DNA of 64,000 nt from Massalongia carnosa (taxonomy: Eukaryota): positions 1,798,001-1,862,000 of the forward strand of contig OZ287081.1 of the NCBI GenBank assembly GCA_965645245.1. Reading direction: 5' to 3'. Made by a program: the position numbers and the translations under genes. The notes under the pieces were generated by a model. The model saw only the letters and a program-made list of their open reading frames with translations, did not search any database and had not been told where the DNA came from. Shown here piece by piece: positions 13,152 through 26,200 of this stretch; the stretch's first letter is position 1; every line of letters starts with the position of its first letter.

Positions 13152-16100
13152 GATAAAAGCCTTGCTACTCCAAGAAAGAAGACATGATTACGGCGATAAA
13201 AACGAGCGACTAGATATCTGTAGCCCGATGATCGTGCGATATCGGGGGGTCAATCATAGGTGAAGTGACTGAACCTACCAATTACAGCTCTATAACTTTC
13301 TGCTTTAAGTGCTATACGCCAATGAAACTCCATAGAATGCTTAAACAAGGCATTTGTACTACGTGGCACTCAGGCTATCTAGCGTTAACTCGGGACTTAT
13401 TTGTGCATATCTTCGTCCATCATTTCTGCATACTTATGTCCCGTTCAATCTCACTATGGCCGAATCATCAACAATTTTGCTATGGCGGTCAAGAGTGGGA
13501 CGATAAATATGAGACAAGACAGGCGATCACTAATTGGCTTGCAAGCAAGGGCGAGTCATGGCGTGTTGAGAAGGCCGAGAAGAATAGATATCTAGTTAAG
13601 TGCGATCATTGTGACTTTCAAATCAGAGCTAGCTTGTCCAACAAAACTGGGAGATGTAATACTTAAATGTATAAGAGCTAAGACAAAGAAATACTGACAT
13701 TAGATCAGGGAAACTCACTAAAATGATCCCTCATACCTGTGCCATATCGAACCACTCCGGCCATTCAGGTAGCAATGCTGTTCAGTATTTAGCCACCAAT
13801 AAGACAAATCAAGCGCTTGTGCAATCTGATCATCGGGTTAAATCGAGGCATTTAATAACCGTCGAGACTTCCAGTCGAGGAAACAACACAAACTATATGG
13901 CGACGTGGCGCACAAAAGAGTTTCTCAAGATTAAGCGGTTTGGCAATATTAAGCAAAGCTTTCAATATATACCTGCATTCTTGTCAGCATGCGAAGAACA
14001 AAACAATACACGAACAGCATGAACAAATCTGGAGTTAGATGAGGACGGTTGTTTCAAACGATGTTGGGTACTGCCAAAGGCGACTGAGCGTGCTTTTCGT
14101 CATTGTCGTTCGGTGCTTCAGTGTGATGGTACCGCTTGCAAGATATCGGACGGGCTTGTGATCTTGTCTCTTGTTACTCAAGACGGTAACAACGAGGTAT
14201 TGGAACTGACGTGGGCATTGGTCTCAATCGAGAACAAAGATAACTGGATCTATTTTTTACGGGCAATGGCATTATATATTCGATTTCGCTCGGGACGACA
14301 AGCAGTGATTATTAGTGATCGCAACAAAGGTATCAAACATGCAGTATCTGATCATTTCCCTGTCGCTTTAAGTGCTCATTGTTGCAAACATCTCGGAGAC
14401 AATGTCGATAAAAATTGGAAGAAGACATATCATCGGAATCTTTTCTGGGATGCGGCCAAAGCTAAAACACAGGCAAAATTCAACACTATACTCAACAGAA
14501 TTAAAGCGACGAGACCTAATTGCGCGGGTTATATTGAAGACATACCTCCAGAGCCAGTGGGCTGTATATGCTTTTCCTCGTCCTCGATATGGTCTATTAT
14601 GTTCTAATGCTCAAGAGTCGCAAAATAATATTTGGCTGGAGGTTATGTTCTAATGCTCAAGAGTCGCAAATAATATTTAGCTGGAGGCACGTCACATGCC
14701 CGCATTGCTTTGTCTCCATCAGATTTGGAACCAATGCATGGACAAACTTTATGAACGGCACAAGCTTGAACACAAGACAGATAGGGTCACTGATTATGTC
14801 TGGAGATGGATTCAAGATGGACGGAAACACTCGGCCGAGTATACTGTTCAAAATTCTCGTCCTTTCTGCGGTATCGTCACTACTGGTACTGGAAGTCATC
14901 ACATCGTGGATCTGGAAGCCAAGACGTGTACTTGTCATGATTTTCAGGATTATGAGATGCCATGTGATCATGCCGTTGCGTTGCGTATGAAGCAAGAAAG
15001 AGAACCAGAGGATTTTGTCAGTCCCATCTTTACAATCGCTGAGTACAAGGCAACATACCAGTCATTTTTACATCCTATTGCTCTCAATGTTCTCGCAGCG
15101 GCCGATGTGAAACCACCAGAATTTGTAGTCCAGGCTGGTCGCCCAAAAATCAGACGTGAGAGAAGAAAACGATTTGATTTATCAAATGAGATGCTCAATC
15201 TGCAAGAGTTTCAAGCATAACAGGCGTACATGTGATCACTCGGGACCTTCCGCGAGTGACGTTTCTGCTAGTACTGCAAGTAAAAACTGCTTCTGTCTCT
15301 CAATCTAGTCACAACGAAGATGAAGTTGATAAAGAGAATGACAATGACTCTAATGACAATAATAGCGACAGCAATCATGACGGCGAGAGCGACAATATGA
15401 GTGTTCATACTGACATAAGTGACTGGAACGGATTCAGTGATCGTTCTTTTGTTTTTAGGTCTCGCAGATTCTCGGCTCAAAACGATGAAGATATTGCGAC
15501 CGAGAGTGACAAGAGTTTTACATCTCATCGCGACAAAAATATTACCCTCGAGAGTGAAATGAATTCCTCATCTCGATCTCAATCGTCGTCAATTGTAACA
15601 GACTCATCGGAAGAGACTAAGGAAGAGCAGAAGAACTATGCTCGTTGGGCTATTGGATGGTTAGACATTGACGAGGCACAGTTGCAACAATTTCAAAGGT
15701 TTGATATGAATCAGACGTTTGCTGGAACACTACAGAAACATAGAAATTACAAACGTCGCTTTTCAGAGGCGGCCGAAGAAGATGCTCGCAAAAAAATGAA
15801 TACTTTATGCTAAATAGGTACGTACTCACCTTAAGAGTAATTCATGGCTAATCATTGAGAGCAGGGTCGAAGATATCTGACAGAGCGACAGTATTAAATT
15901 ATCGTTCCTCATTTCGAGCATATAGCTCCAGCTCCATCGTCGCATACTTCAGTTCTTAGAAAGTTGTTCACCAGCCCATCATGGACGTATCCTCAAAGAC
16001 GATGTCCTCTTCCTCTACGCATTCCATTAGGAGAGCCAACACCACTTCGGAAGGAAAGAGAACACCAGTGGCCTATGATTCTGATGACTTTCCGTACGAA

Positions 16101-17092
16101 AAAGAAGATGCATTATCGGAAGAGAGAGAGGAAGTCGAGAATACATTAGCAGAAGAGCGACAAGAAGTCGAAAATACCTCAGCGGATGATGAGCGACAGG
16201 AAGCTGATAATATACTAGCGGAGGAGCAAATTTGGAGCATGCTAGAGAAAGGTAAAGAACGTGACCGGGCACTGATCTCACCTCGTAAATCTAGATCTGG
16301 ACGGATATTGAAACCTACTGTGAGAGCGCAAGAAGCTTTACACACAAAGCATGCCAACTTAGCGAAGGCAGCTTTAGAAAGCTCTAGAGAGGTGTCATTG
16401 ACTGACTTAATAAACAAGTCACCTCCTCGAAAACGACAAAGGCGAGGGACAAAGCCGAGTTAATAGATGGGTCTAGAGATTATCCTATGAAATTATAGAT
16501 TCACGTGTAGGTATAATAGCATGATTGTCATTGAAGGTGATTATCTATGTGGGCTATAAGTCTGCTTTATATAGCAGTCACAAAATAGTCACATCTAGGA
16601 GCCTAAAAGGTCAGACCTTGTCCCCCCATATCTGATTGTTTAGGCACCCTGACGATCAGACCTTGACTCCTATATATGCTTTTTTAGGCACTTTGCAAGG
16701 CACCTCCCGAGGCTCATGATGGATGCCCATATTGATGGTGGCCTCATCATCTAACATCTAACATATCCTTACAGAGAGAAAGGATAAGCAATCGTGTTTT
16801 CTGTCATGAAGTGACAGAGCATCTGCCGGTGTTTCATGTGCCACTTCTTCGGAGGCGATTTTTTTGGTGAAGGAATGACATATCGAAACATGACAGTCTG
16901 GGGATAGAAAATTAGATCATGATATTGTATTGTGATGTTTTCTGTATATTTTTGTATAGGTATCTAGTCGCTTTTCCTCGTGCTTGTCATTTAATCGTGC
17001 GGTCGCAATATTCCAAATGACCTCAAATGACCTCTTTCAATTAACTACAGTTCTTGGGGGTCATCGTGACAGCGCTAGAAGCAAAATTACGT
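13152..17092 (+). mobile_element. Mutator/MULE DNA transposon, degenerate transposase (about 13437-16463)
   Basis: MULE DDE-region motifs LQCDGT, ENKDNWIYFL, IISDRNKGI and HCCKHLGDN; SWIM finger CTCHDFQDYEMPCDHA; frameshifts; 46-bp tandem duplication at 14597-14687; boundaries approximate. Confidence 0.88.
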
Positions 17093-17203
17093 TGGGCAGC
17101 TTTTTGGGGAGATGACAGGTCAGATCTTTACAAATTGGCTCGTGATTTTGCTGCGAAGAAGATGGGGTACTCGTACTCGGCGAACTCATATCTGGAATTA
17201 TTG
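17093..17203 (+). mobile_element. Short Tc1/mariner transposase fragment
   Basis: WAAFWGDDRSDLYKLARDFAAKKMGYS is nearly identical to the reverse complement of about 20990-21092. Confidence 0.85.
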
Positions 17204-18820
17204 CTGGCCGTCTCAAAAAGAAGAGACGGGAGAAAAAGAAGAAAAATCTTTGCGTGAAACGCTATTCTTTCTACAGAAGTACGGATCACAATCAACGCAG
17301 ATGTGATCAGGAAATTCAGCCTTAAGGGAGATGCCGAGACAATGATAACAACGACGATTTTTGGATGACAGCTCCACAGCGAATAGCACCACAGATAATG
17401 ACACGGAGAGCAGTTTCGCTGGCTTTTCTGATTATCATATTAATCCAGAAAGTCCTGGGCTTTCTGATTCTTCTAGTTTTTCTGGTGGGGATGTGACGCT
17501 TTTTGCTTCTAATGTAAATGATGAAGCGGAGCAGTTTGGGTATTGGAATATGGGTATGAATTGGAATGGAAGGGATGGAGGTAGGGGTGATAATGGGAAT
17601 GAGGATGGAAATAAGAATGAAGGAATTAGAAATGTGAGTGCTAACGAGAAAGAGGGGGATGAAGATGTGAGTGTTGATGAAAACACGAGTGTACAAGAGC
17701 ACTTCTTTGTCAGAAGGTAGGGCAACTCCAATATCTATTTTAGCTGAAAAATAATCAACTCATTGATTGCAGATTTAGAAGAGGATTTGCCGTTTGAAGA
17801 TGACGCCGGCGAGGATGATCGTGAATTGAAGGCTCAGTGGGCTATTTCTGAGGATCCTGATGTTGCACAATTAACCCACTACATTGAGAAAAGTGGGGCT
17901 TCAGTGGTATGTTTTCTGCTCAGTTGGCAAAGCATTTGCAGCATAAAGAGAGATATCCCGAAGATGCAGCCAACGAGATGCGAAAGAAAAGAAGTTGTCT
18001 TGCTCTCGACATCGGCATTGGTCCTCGTCTTACCAGAGAGCAATACTTTGATGCCACTGGGGAGTATGATATACCCGAGCCTCCCGATTATCCTCAGGAT
18101 GGCTTATTTAAGCGCCCGTTATGGTATCATAATTATGGAGATCATCTTGAGGCCTGGGCTAGATGTGATCCGACGAAATAGAATCCTGAATACCTACTGC
18201 GATCGTCACGAGGTGCCGGCTATTGGAGGCGGCATGATCCGGCATGCCGGATGTCGAATAATCCATATCGACATCCTGTCGAGGCTTCGTCTGGTTCATC
18301 AAGCGCGCCGAATGCTGTTGTCAATGACTTGATCGAGGCTTCGTCTGAGTCACTGACGAGGACCAGAAGAGTCAGAAAACTAACGGGAAAAGGTCGAGTG
18401 TGAGCAAATGAGGAGGGACCGACGGCTAGAGTGTTGAAGAGAGCAAGGACGGAGTCTCCGCCTGCGTCTTCAGTGAAGAGAAGAGGAAGGTATAGAAAGA
18501 AGATATAGAAGATAATTAAGGTGACCCGGATAGATAAAGGGTTGGAGAGAATGAAGATGATGTACAGAGGATTGATATTGAATCATTCCTGTTGTAATAG
18601 ACAATGCGTCAGCATTTTTCATGTATAATACTGAAATTCTGAACATGAAAACGTCGCAGTTGATTGACCAGATGTATGCATTGACTGATGAGGTTATTCA
18701 GTATCGAAAGAAAATGGGGGTATGCGAGTAAGAAAATGTTCGGGGGGAGTATTTTGCTGCTGCAAGTAATTTTTAGCTTGTTTTAAACGAGCTTCGTAGA
18801 AAATTCGTTGAGACTGTCAG
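17204..18820 (+). pseudogene. Degenerate acidic ORF(s) of unknown origin, probably transposon-associated
   Basis: Broken frames (17361-17720, 17909-18181) with a possible GT..AG intron near 17717-17772; weak inverted ends ctggccgtctcaa and ttgagactgtcag. Confidence 0.3.
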
Positions 18821-20470
18821 TTTTCGTTGTGAAGTCGTCCGTGCTCGTAAATTGCGGGCGCTACAGGCAAATGTGAAGTCAGTTTCAAGATCAAAAGTTG
18901 ACAGTCTCAAAAAAAAACCTCTGGTCCCTTTAATAGGAAAAACCGTGACTTGGCGCAAGAGTGAAAATGCGGGGATTATGAGCTCGTTTTCAACGACAAT
19001 CATGCGCTTTCGGCTCGATTGTCAAGAACAGAACGTTATCACCATCTCACCCGTGCCATGCAAAACTTAGGTCGCTGTTATTGTGGCGCGATCACCACGA
19101 GGACGTGGTAAAGCATTGCTGGAAAGATCATACGAACGAAACGGCGGTGGGTAGGGCTCCGAAAATTTCGCTCTTTTGACAAGATGACACGAAAAATTCA
19201 TCACGTGCTGACATGGACCCTGAATTTTTGGAAATTAATTACCTAAGCACACATAACTTATACGACAATTAGTAGAATATCGGAGTACCTCGATTTACTA
19301 GGTAATTGTTGAATATCCAATTCCTACCAGCACAATGAACACCTATCAGTACGATGAACATAGCACCTACGGCTGTCCTAGATGGACAGATTATCTACGG
19401 AAACCGTAGATGCCGCATTAGGCTTAGTCCCAAGATAAGATAAGATCACCTCGCTTAGAAGGGGGTGACCAGTAATAGGAAAGATTGCTGCCTAGCAACT
19501 CTTCGTCCTTAACATCACGGTCATACATACCTTTATTATTACATAGCCATATAGCCATAGTCATATACCTATTTCAACAGTAATTGCACTTATAATCAGG
19601 AATCTTTCTATTATCATCTATTATGTCTCAACGAGGTGGACGTCAGAAAAATCACCTGGTAGATGAGAATTTCAAGGATATCATTACTGAGGGCTTAAAA
19701 AACCCTCAACATCAATGCATTCATTGCGGTCACCAATCAACCAGAAATGCTGCTAGGGGACAACAGAATCTAAATCAATGTGATGCCTATCAAAAAGAGA
19801 AAGCTAGAAAACAGAAGGGTATTCTCAGTAATGCCTCTATTCAACTGCCCATCACTACGTTGATTCGTCCCCTTAATCAAGCCCAAATTGCATCAGCACA
19901 TCGAGCAGCTGCGATGTCTGTGTATATGACAAATCTGCCATTTAACCACTTCGAAAATCCGTACGTTATTGCTCATTATCAGGCACTTAATCCGGGCTAT
20001 AAACCTCCTCATTCTGGCCTTGTTGCTGGCAAGCTATTGGACGAAATCTATGGCATCGTTAAATCGAAAGTTATCAAGGAATTGAATGCTTCTAATTACC
20101 TGAACTTCTTCACTGACGAGACAGCCAACATTCGAAAATAACGTGTTATAAATCTCTGTTGTCATGTTCCCCCGTCCGCCACCTCTAATGGAGGAGGATT
20201 TCAATTGAAAGCTGATGCTGGTGTTGCCGAGAAGAAAAGTGCTGTCGTTCAAGCTCAATTGGTGATAAAAAGGTTGTAGGGAATCAACCAACGATCAGCT
20301 TTGGAGAATCAATTGCATTGCCACTGATACGTGTGCAACCATGAAGGCTATGTGGACGGAGATAGCAAAATTTCCAGAGATGAAACACGTGTTTTTCGTT
20401 CCCTGCGACAGTTATGGTCTGCAATTGCTGATGGGAGACATACTGAAATTTCTATTCTTTTCGGAGGTTA

Positions 20471-21298
20471 CAAAAAGTCTGCGGCCCCGCACCCCACTAA
20501 CATTTCAATCATTCTATTCAATCAACAATCAACTACGTCACGATTGCTGAAATGTCTTGAAACTTTACATAATGATTACATACATACTAAACACGAATTC
20601 CCCCAAAAATTGATTTTTAATATTTAGTAAACCATCCTTCCGACGCTATACACGCTTTTATCCTCCTATTCATGCTCTCCATTAACCTCCTCATCATTTT
20701 CACATCTATCAACGTCCAGGCTTCTTCTAACGCTTTCCAAAGTACCTCACGAACAGTTTCATCACTGCCGCTCACCAAATCTATGTTCGGGTTGACTTGA
20801 TAGACGAGCTTTTTGAGCACATACCAAACGTGCTCGATAGGATTTAAATCAGATGAATAGGGGGGCCAATCGATGACCTCTATACCGTTCTCATTGAACC
20901 ATTCCATCACCTTTTTAGCCTTATGTATAGGTGCGTTATCCTGCATGAAATGAGGCCCGGTTGCCAAATTCCAAGCAGATTATCGTTCAATAATTCCATA
21001 TATGAGTTCGCCGAGTACCCCATCTTCTTCGCAGCAAAATCACAAGCCAATTTGTAAAGATCTGACCTGTCATCTTCCCAAAAAGCTGCCCAGACCATGA
21101 CACTGACTCCTTTGCCTTTGGGGACAGGTTGAATCATCTCTTTATTCCATTTTTCTTTCGGTAATCTGAACACCCACTGACGCTGTTTTCCTGACGAAGC
21201 ATGGTGAAATGATGAGGTGGAAGATGGGGGGTTGATGAGTTGAAAACGCGAAATCACGAAAATTACGGGTTGGGCCGCAGACTTTTGGCACGGGATTG
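20471..21298 (-). mobile_element. Internally deleted Tc1/mariner element
   Basis: TA TSD; inverted ends aaaagtctgcggccc / gggccgcagactttt; DD34E-type motifs FMQDNAPIH and WPPYSSDLNPIEHVW; removal restores the hAT frame (SEVIEKAQ). Confidence 0.92.
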
Positions 21299-21540
21299 TA
21301 TAGAAAAGGCACAATTGATAGTAACCAGCTTTCGGGGGTCGAATAAGGAAATATCCATTTTAAGGGGTTATCAAATGAAGGTATGCCAAATTCTTGAATT
21401 ATTAAACTTTCTGATGACCAACCTTTCTGATGATTAAACTTCTGGGCCTATCAACAACGTCGTTCATTGATTCTTAACGTTCTTACCACATGGGGAACGA
21501 CGATAGGCTTATTAAACTCAGTCCTCAGGAATCAGCAGGC

Positions 21541-22570
21541 TGTAATACGGATGGCGCTAGAGGGATACGTGATCGCCTATGGCGGTTGCGGGATTAACTA
21601 GCGTGGACCATGCCGTAGTACGAAGTCGCATAAGCCGTCGAGGCTGACACACTGCCATCTTGCCCCGAAACTTCGGAGTTATTGTTATCACGTTCTTGAC
21701 TACTTACAGATCAAACACCTGTCGAGGCCGTGGTGGTAGATTGCCATGGAGTGTAAGGCGGACTCCTGTGGAGACGCCAAGGAACTCTATATGGGATCTA
21801 CTGGCCTACTCGGAGCTACTGGATCTCTTGATGGTTCAAGAGAGGTAGCAGGAGGCACGGCTCGCTGGACGCAGCTTGAGCTAGGCTCCCCGGTGTAAAC
21901 TTCAGCTTCAACCTTTATTACTACGTTGGTAGTGATGTCGGCTGAATGAACCTACATGACCTCGTTGTCTAGACCTTGTGTCTAGAGGCAGGTCCGCAGT
22001 GTAGCGAGGTATTCAGTCGGAGGTAACCTTCCATCACTAGGTAGTGGTGACGGCGAAATGAAGCTACATAGCCTGAGGCATGTAGTGAGGGATCTAGCCG
22101 GGGGTAGAATTGTTCTACCTTGCAAGGGAAGATCTAGAAGGCTGCTCGAGGCTGACTAGATGATCCAGCGAACGCCGAGTTCGTGGATGGATCCTGAGGG
22201 ATGGTTGGATGTAATGCGATAAAGTCGGATGTGAATTGCAAGGCTGTAATGCTCGCAAGACTCCCAAGGCTTGCAAGGCTCCTAAGGTTCCAAGGCTCCC
22301 AAGGCTATAGGCTTGGGGTGAGTAGGATAAATATCAGAACGAATCTTGTAGTATTCGTTAGCAATTAGTCTTTATTCTATGAACAACCTACGTTTGGGTC
22401 TCGGACGAGATCTCTTGGTCTAAGCACTTCCACATCCATTAGTTCTTTGGATCACGTATACTCTCGGAGACTAGCACGTAGTAGCTATCTTCCTCCTCTC
22501 ACGCTGAGCATTTCCCCTTTCGAGATCAGTGTCGCTCGTGATAAGCTTACTGGTCTCGTAGCCCATTACA
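21541..22570. mobile_element. 1030-bp solo LTR (or non-coding LTR-like element)
   Basis: Ends TGTAAT...ATTACA with exact 5-bp TSD CAGGC; no long ORF. Confidence 0.85.
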
Positions 22571-23129
22571 CAGGCCTTATTGGATTATTTTCAACAAAAG
22601 AATCCCGGCATTGATCAGGGAAGAAAGAATTCTTTGAGAAGCTTCGTCAATGACTTTTCTTTTTGGAAAAAGCTGACCATTGTCAAGAAAGTGATGGATT
22701 CCATATATCAGTTTCAATACATGTCCGAGGCCGAAGAGCATAAACTTTATACCATAGCCAGCACCTGGAATAAGATTCGATCTTATCTATATTCAATGGC
22801 TGCCTGTCAAGGGACTGGATTGGATGGTCAAGCTTTCTAATTGACTGAGTCTATAGCTACAGCTAGGCTAGATTGGCTATTCAAGACGTCGGACAAGGAG
22901 CCAGAACTTTCGAGACTCGACCCCTTCTTTTATATCTGTTCCTCACCTCCTTACCCCTTTGTTTCCTTGATCTTCGATGTCTCCTATTCATCTCCTTTTC
23001 CTAAGTTAATACGAAGACACCTAATGGGGACCGGGTAATTATGGTTTCGAAGATCGGAGGCGGAGCCGTACTTGATCTAACCGCATCGAGAAAGGTTGGA
23101 ACAGCGCGCACTGACTAATGAAGCTGTGG

Positions 23130-23269
23130 TAGGTCCAATGAACCCGCGGTAGGTCCAATGAATCCGCGGTAGTTCCAATGAACCTGCGTTAGGTCCAATG
23201 AACCTGCGTTAGGTCCAATAAACCTGCGTTAGGTCCAATGAACCCGCGGTAGCTCTAATGAACCTGCGG
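23130..23269. repeat. 20-bp tandem array in the Gypsy-1 LTR: 7 units here, 8 at 29392-29551 and 7 at 41803-41942
   Basis: Consensus taggtccaatgaacc(c/t)gcg(g/t), head-to-tail with no spacers. Confidence 0.92.
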
Positions 23270-26200
23270 TACGGTAGGTAGAGACAGGATAGAGGGGGCA
23301 ACTAGGGATAAGGCCGAGATCCTTTTGGTTCGAAGCCGTTTCATGACAGTAGCTCCCCTCTCAAAGGCAGAGCTCCTGCGATGCAATTTTAATCACGACA
23401 CCGTCAACGAGGAATTTGGCACGGGGTGAGATGAGGGCCAGCCGCGTTGGGGTAAGCTTGATGATACTCGTCTAGGGCTTGCTGACAGTTGGTGATGTAG
23501 TTGAATGGTTCCCAGGTGGAGGCGTGTCCTTCCCAGCCGACAAGATACTTCAGAAGTGGGGGTTGGAAACGTCGATCGAGTTTGGAATTCAGAATGCTAT
23601 TTACATACCATTCTCGCTGGCCGTCTTCAGCAACAACGGGGTTTTGAGGCTCCGGTATTTGTCCGGGAAGCGGGTCATTGGCGTCGTGTTGCAATAGATT
23701 GACGTGAAAAACGGGATGAATTTTGACGGTATCGGGAAGTTCGATTTGAACAATCAGTGGGTTGGAAAAAACCTTGCTGACCCGATAGGGACCGATGTTT
23801 CGATCGTCCAATTTAACTGTTGGGCGGGCGGTCTGGATGTTTCTGGTGCTTAGCCATACCATATCTCCTACGAAATAGCGGGGGCAGGGACGTCGATTAG
23901 CATTTGCGGTTGATTCATAAGATGCTTGTGCCATTAGCATTTCGTCTCGGAGATGAGTATCGATGTCCTGCATTTTGTCCACAAACTGATTGGCTGCAAT
24001 CAGGTTTGCCCTTCCCTGAGCGGTCAGGTCTTGAGGTAACGGTTCCTCCGGTTCAAATCCCACACGAGGATGTTGTCCGAATTTGGCTAGGAAGGGGGAG
24101 GCTAGAATACTAGAAGAGTCGGTGTTATTGCTAGCGAATTCGGCGCCGGGAAGCCATTGTGCCCAGTCATCTTGCATGTAGTTGACATAAGCCCTAAGAT
24201 AATGCTCCATTGTGGCATTAGCTCTTTCGGTTTGTCCATCAGTCTCAGGATGATAACCAGTGGAAAGTTTGGCATCGATTTTCAACCTTTTGCATATCAG
24301 TTCCCAGAAGTCGGAGGTAAACTGAGAGCCGCGGTCGGAGACTAGGACATCGGGAAGGCCATGCAATTTCCAGACATTCTGATAGAAAGAATTGGCCGCT
24401 TCTTTAACTTCCATGGTTGCTGTGGGGACAAAGTGTCGCATTTTGGAAAGACGGTCTATAAACACTAAGACATAGCGATAGGTGATTCCCATAAAGGTGC
24501 TGGGAGTCAGTGGTCAAACATAATCCATGGAGACATCACGCCATCTACGTTCTGGAGGGGGTAGCGGACGCAGCCAGCCTTGATAACGCTGACGAGATGG
24601 TTTTGATCTTTTGCAGGTGTGGCAATTCCGAATAAATCTTTTGATGGACTGATGCATACTGGGCCACCAATGTGTTCGATTTACCAATTCGTGACATTTG
24701 GAACGGCCTGGATGTCCTCCGGCGACGCTATCGTGGGCAAGTTGAATGATACGAAGTCGTAGGCGGTCTGATCGATGCACATATTTCTTATTCCGAAAAT
24801 ATAGGACACCTTCTCTGTCTTCGCATTCTGCTAGCTGAATTTGATTATGATGTCTTTCGTTATTGCGAAGAGCTTCTAGAATTCTGGGTGCGAATTGATC
24901 TCGTGCGAGGGCTTGTTCCCAAAGATGCTGAAGGGAATATCCTCATCTGGATTGATTGGGCCCTCGTCTAGCTGAGGTTCTTCGGGGTGAGGTTCTTCGT
25001 CATTTAGAAAGGCTGGGGCTAGAAGAATGGAAGAAAGATAGCTTTTTGCGATTTCCTCGTCTAGGTTTTCGGTTTTTAGAATAGTTTGATGCTGATATTT
25101 CCTTCGATCGTCCGTATCATCCCCTTCTTTAGGAAGATCTCCTGATCGTCGAGTCAAAGCGTCCGGTTTTCCTCCCGCTTTTCCTGGTCGGTAGACTATC
25201 TTGAAGTCAAAACGAGGAAGAAATTCACTCCACCTGGCCTGACGACGACTGAGTTGTTTGGTCGAGGCAAAGTATTCGAGGTTTTTATGATCAGATATGA
25301 CGTTAATGGGAAATGCAGATCCTTCCAATTCTGATCTCCATTCTTCGAAACATCGAACAATTGCCATTAATTCTTTGTCATATATCTCATAGTTGCATTC
25401 AGCCGGATTGTGTTTTCTGGAAAAGTAGGCGACAGGATGAAGCACTCCCTTATCATCATACTGAGAAAGAATGCCACCCGACACATAGTCGGAGGCGTCG
25501 GTTTCTACGACTATTGGACGATCCGGATCGAAATGTCTCAATATAACGTCAGAGGTGAAGGCTTTTTTCAAGATTTCGAAAGCGGTTTGAATTTTTCAGT
25601 CCATCGAAATTCCGTTTCCTTTTTGGTCAGATTGGTTAGGGGGCCGGCTATGTTGCTAAATCCATACACGAATCGTCTATAAAAGTTAGCAAATCCCAAA
25701 AAGCTTTGCACGTCTTTCACATTGACGGGAATTGGCCAGTTCGTGACGGTTTCCACTTTGGCTGGGTCCATCTTTATTCCCTTTGTGGTCACAATCAGCC
25801 CCAGGTATGCAATTTCGGTCACGTGAAATTTGCACTTGGTGATATCGGCCTGCAGACCAGCGTCTCGAAGTCTGGAGAGTATTTTCTTGACGTGTGTCTC
25901 GTGTTCTAGCTCATTATCGCTGTAGATGAGAATGTCATCTAAATAGGCCGTGCAGAAGTCGTCAAGATACTCGCGAAGGGTGTCGAAATCAACGAATTAA
26001 CGTTGTCAATTACGATAGCCGTTTGTGGATTTTGGTCCAGTCATTGATAAAATGTTGAAAAGAGGCGGGTCCGTTGCACAGACCGAATGGCAGGACCAGA
26101 GACTCGAACAGGCCAAAACGAGTGCGAAATGCGGTGAGTTCTTCATCTCCTTCTTTTATTCGAAGCCTGTTGAAGGCGGCGATGATGTCTAGCTTGGTGA

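Noticed and set aside
22841..23038. Duplicated 65-aa ORF (also at 29103-29300)
   Set aside because: Lies within the paired LTRs, has a TTG start and shows no coding signal.
23130..23269. Regular 20-bp repeats resembling a CRISPR array
   Set aside because: Head-to-tail units with no unique spacers, located inside a retrotransposon LTR in a eukaryote, with no cas genes.
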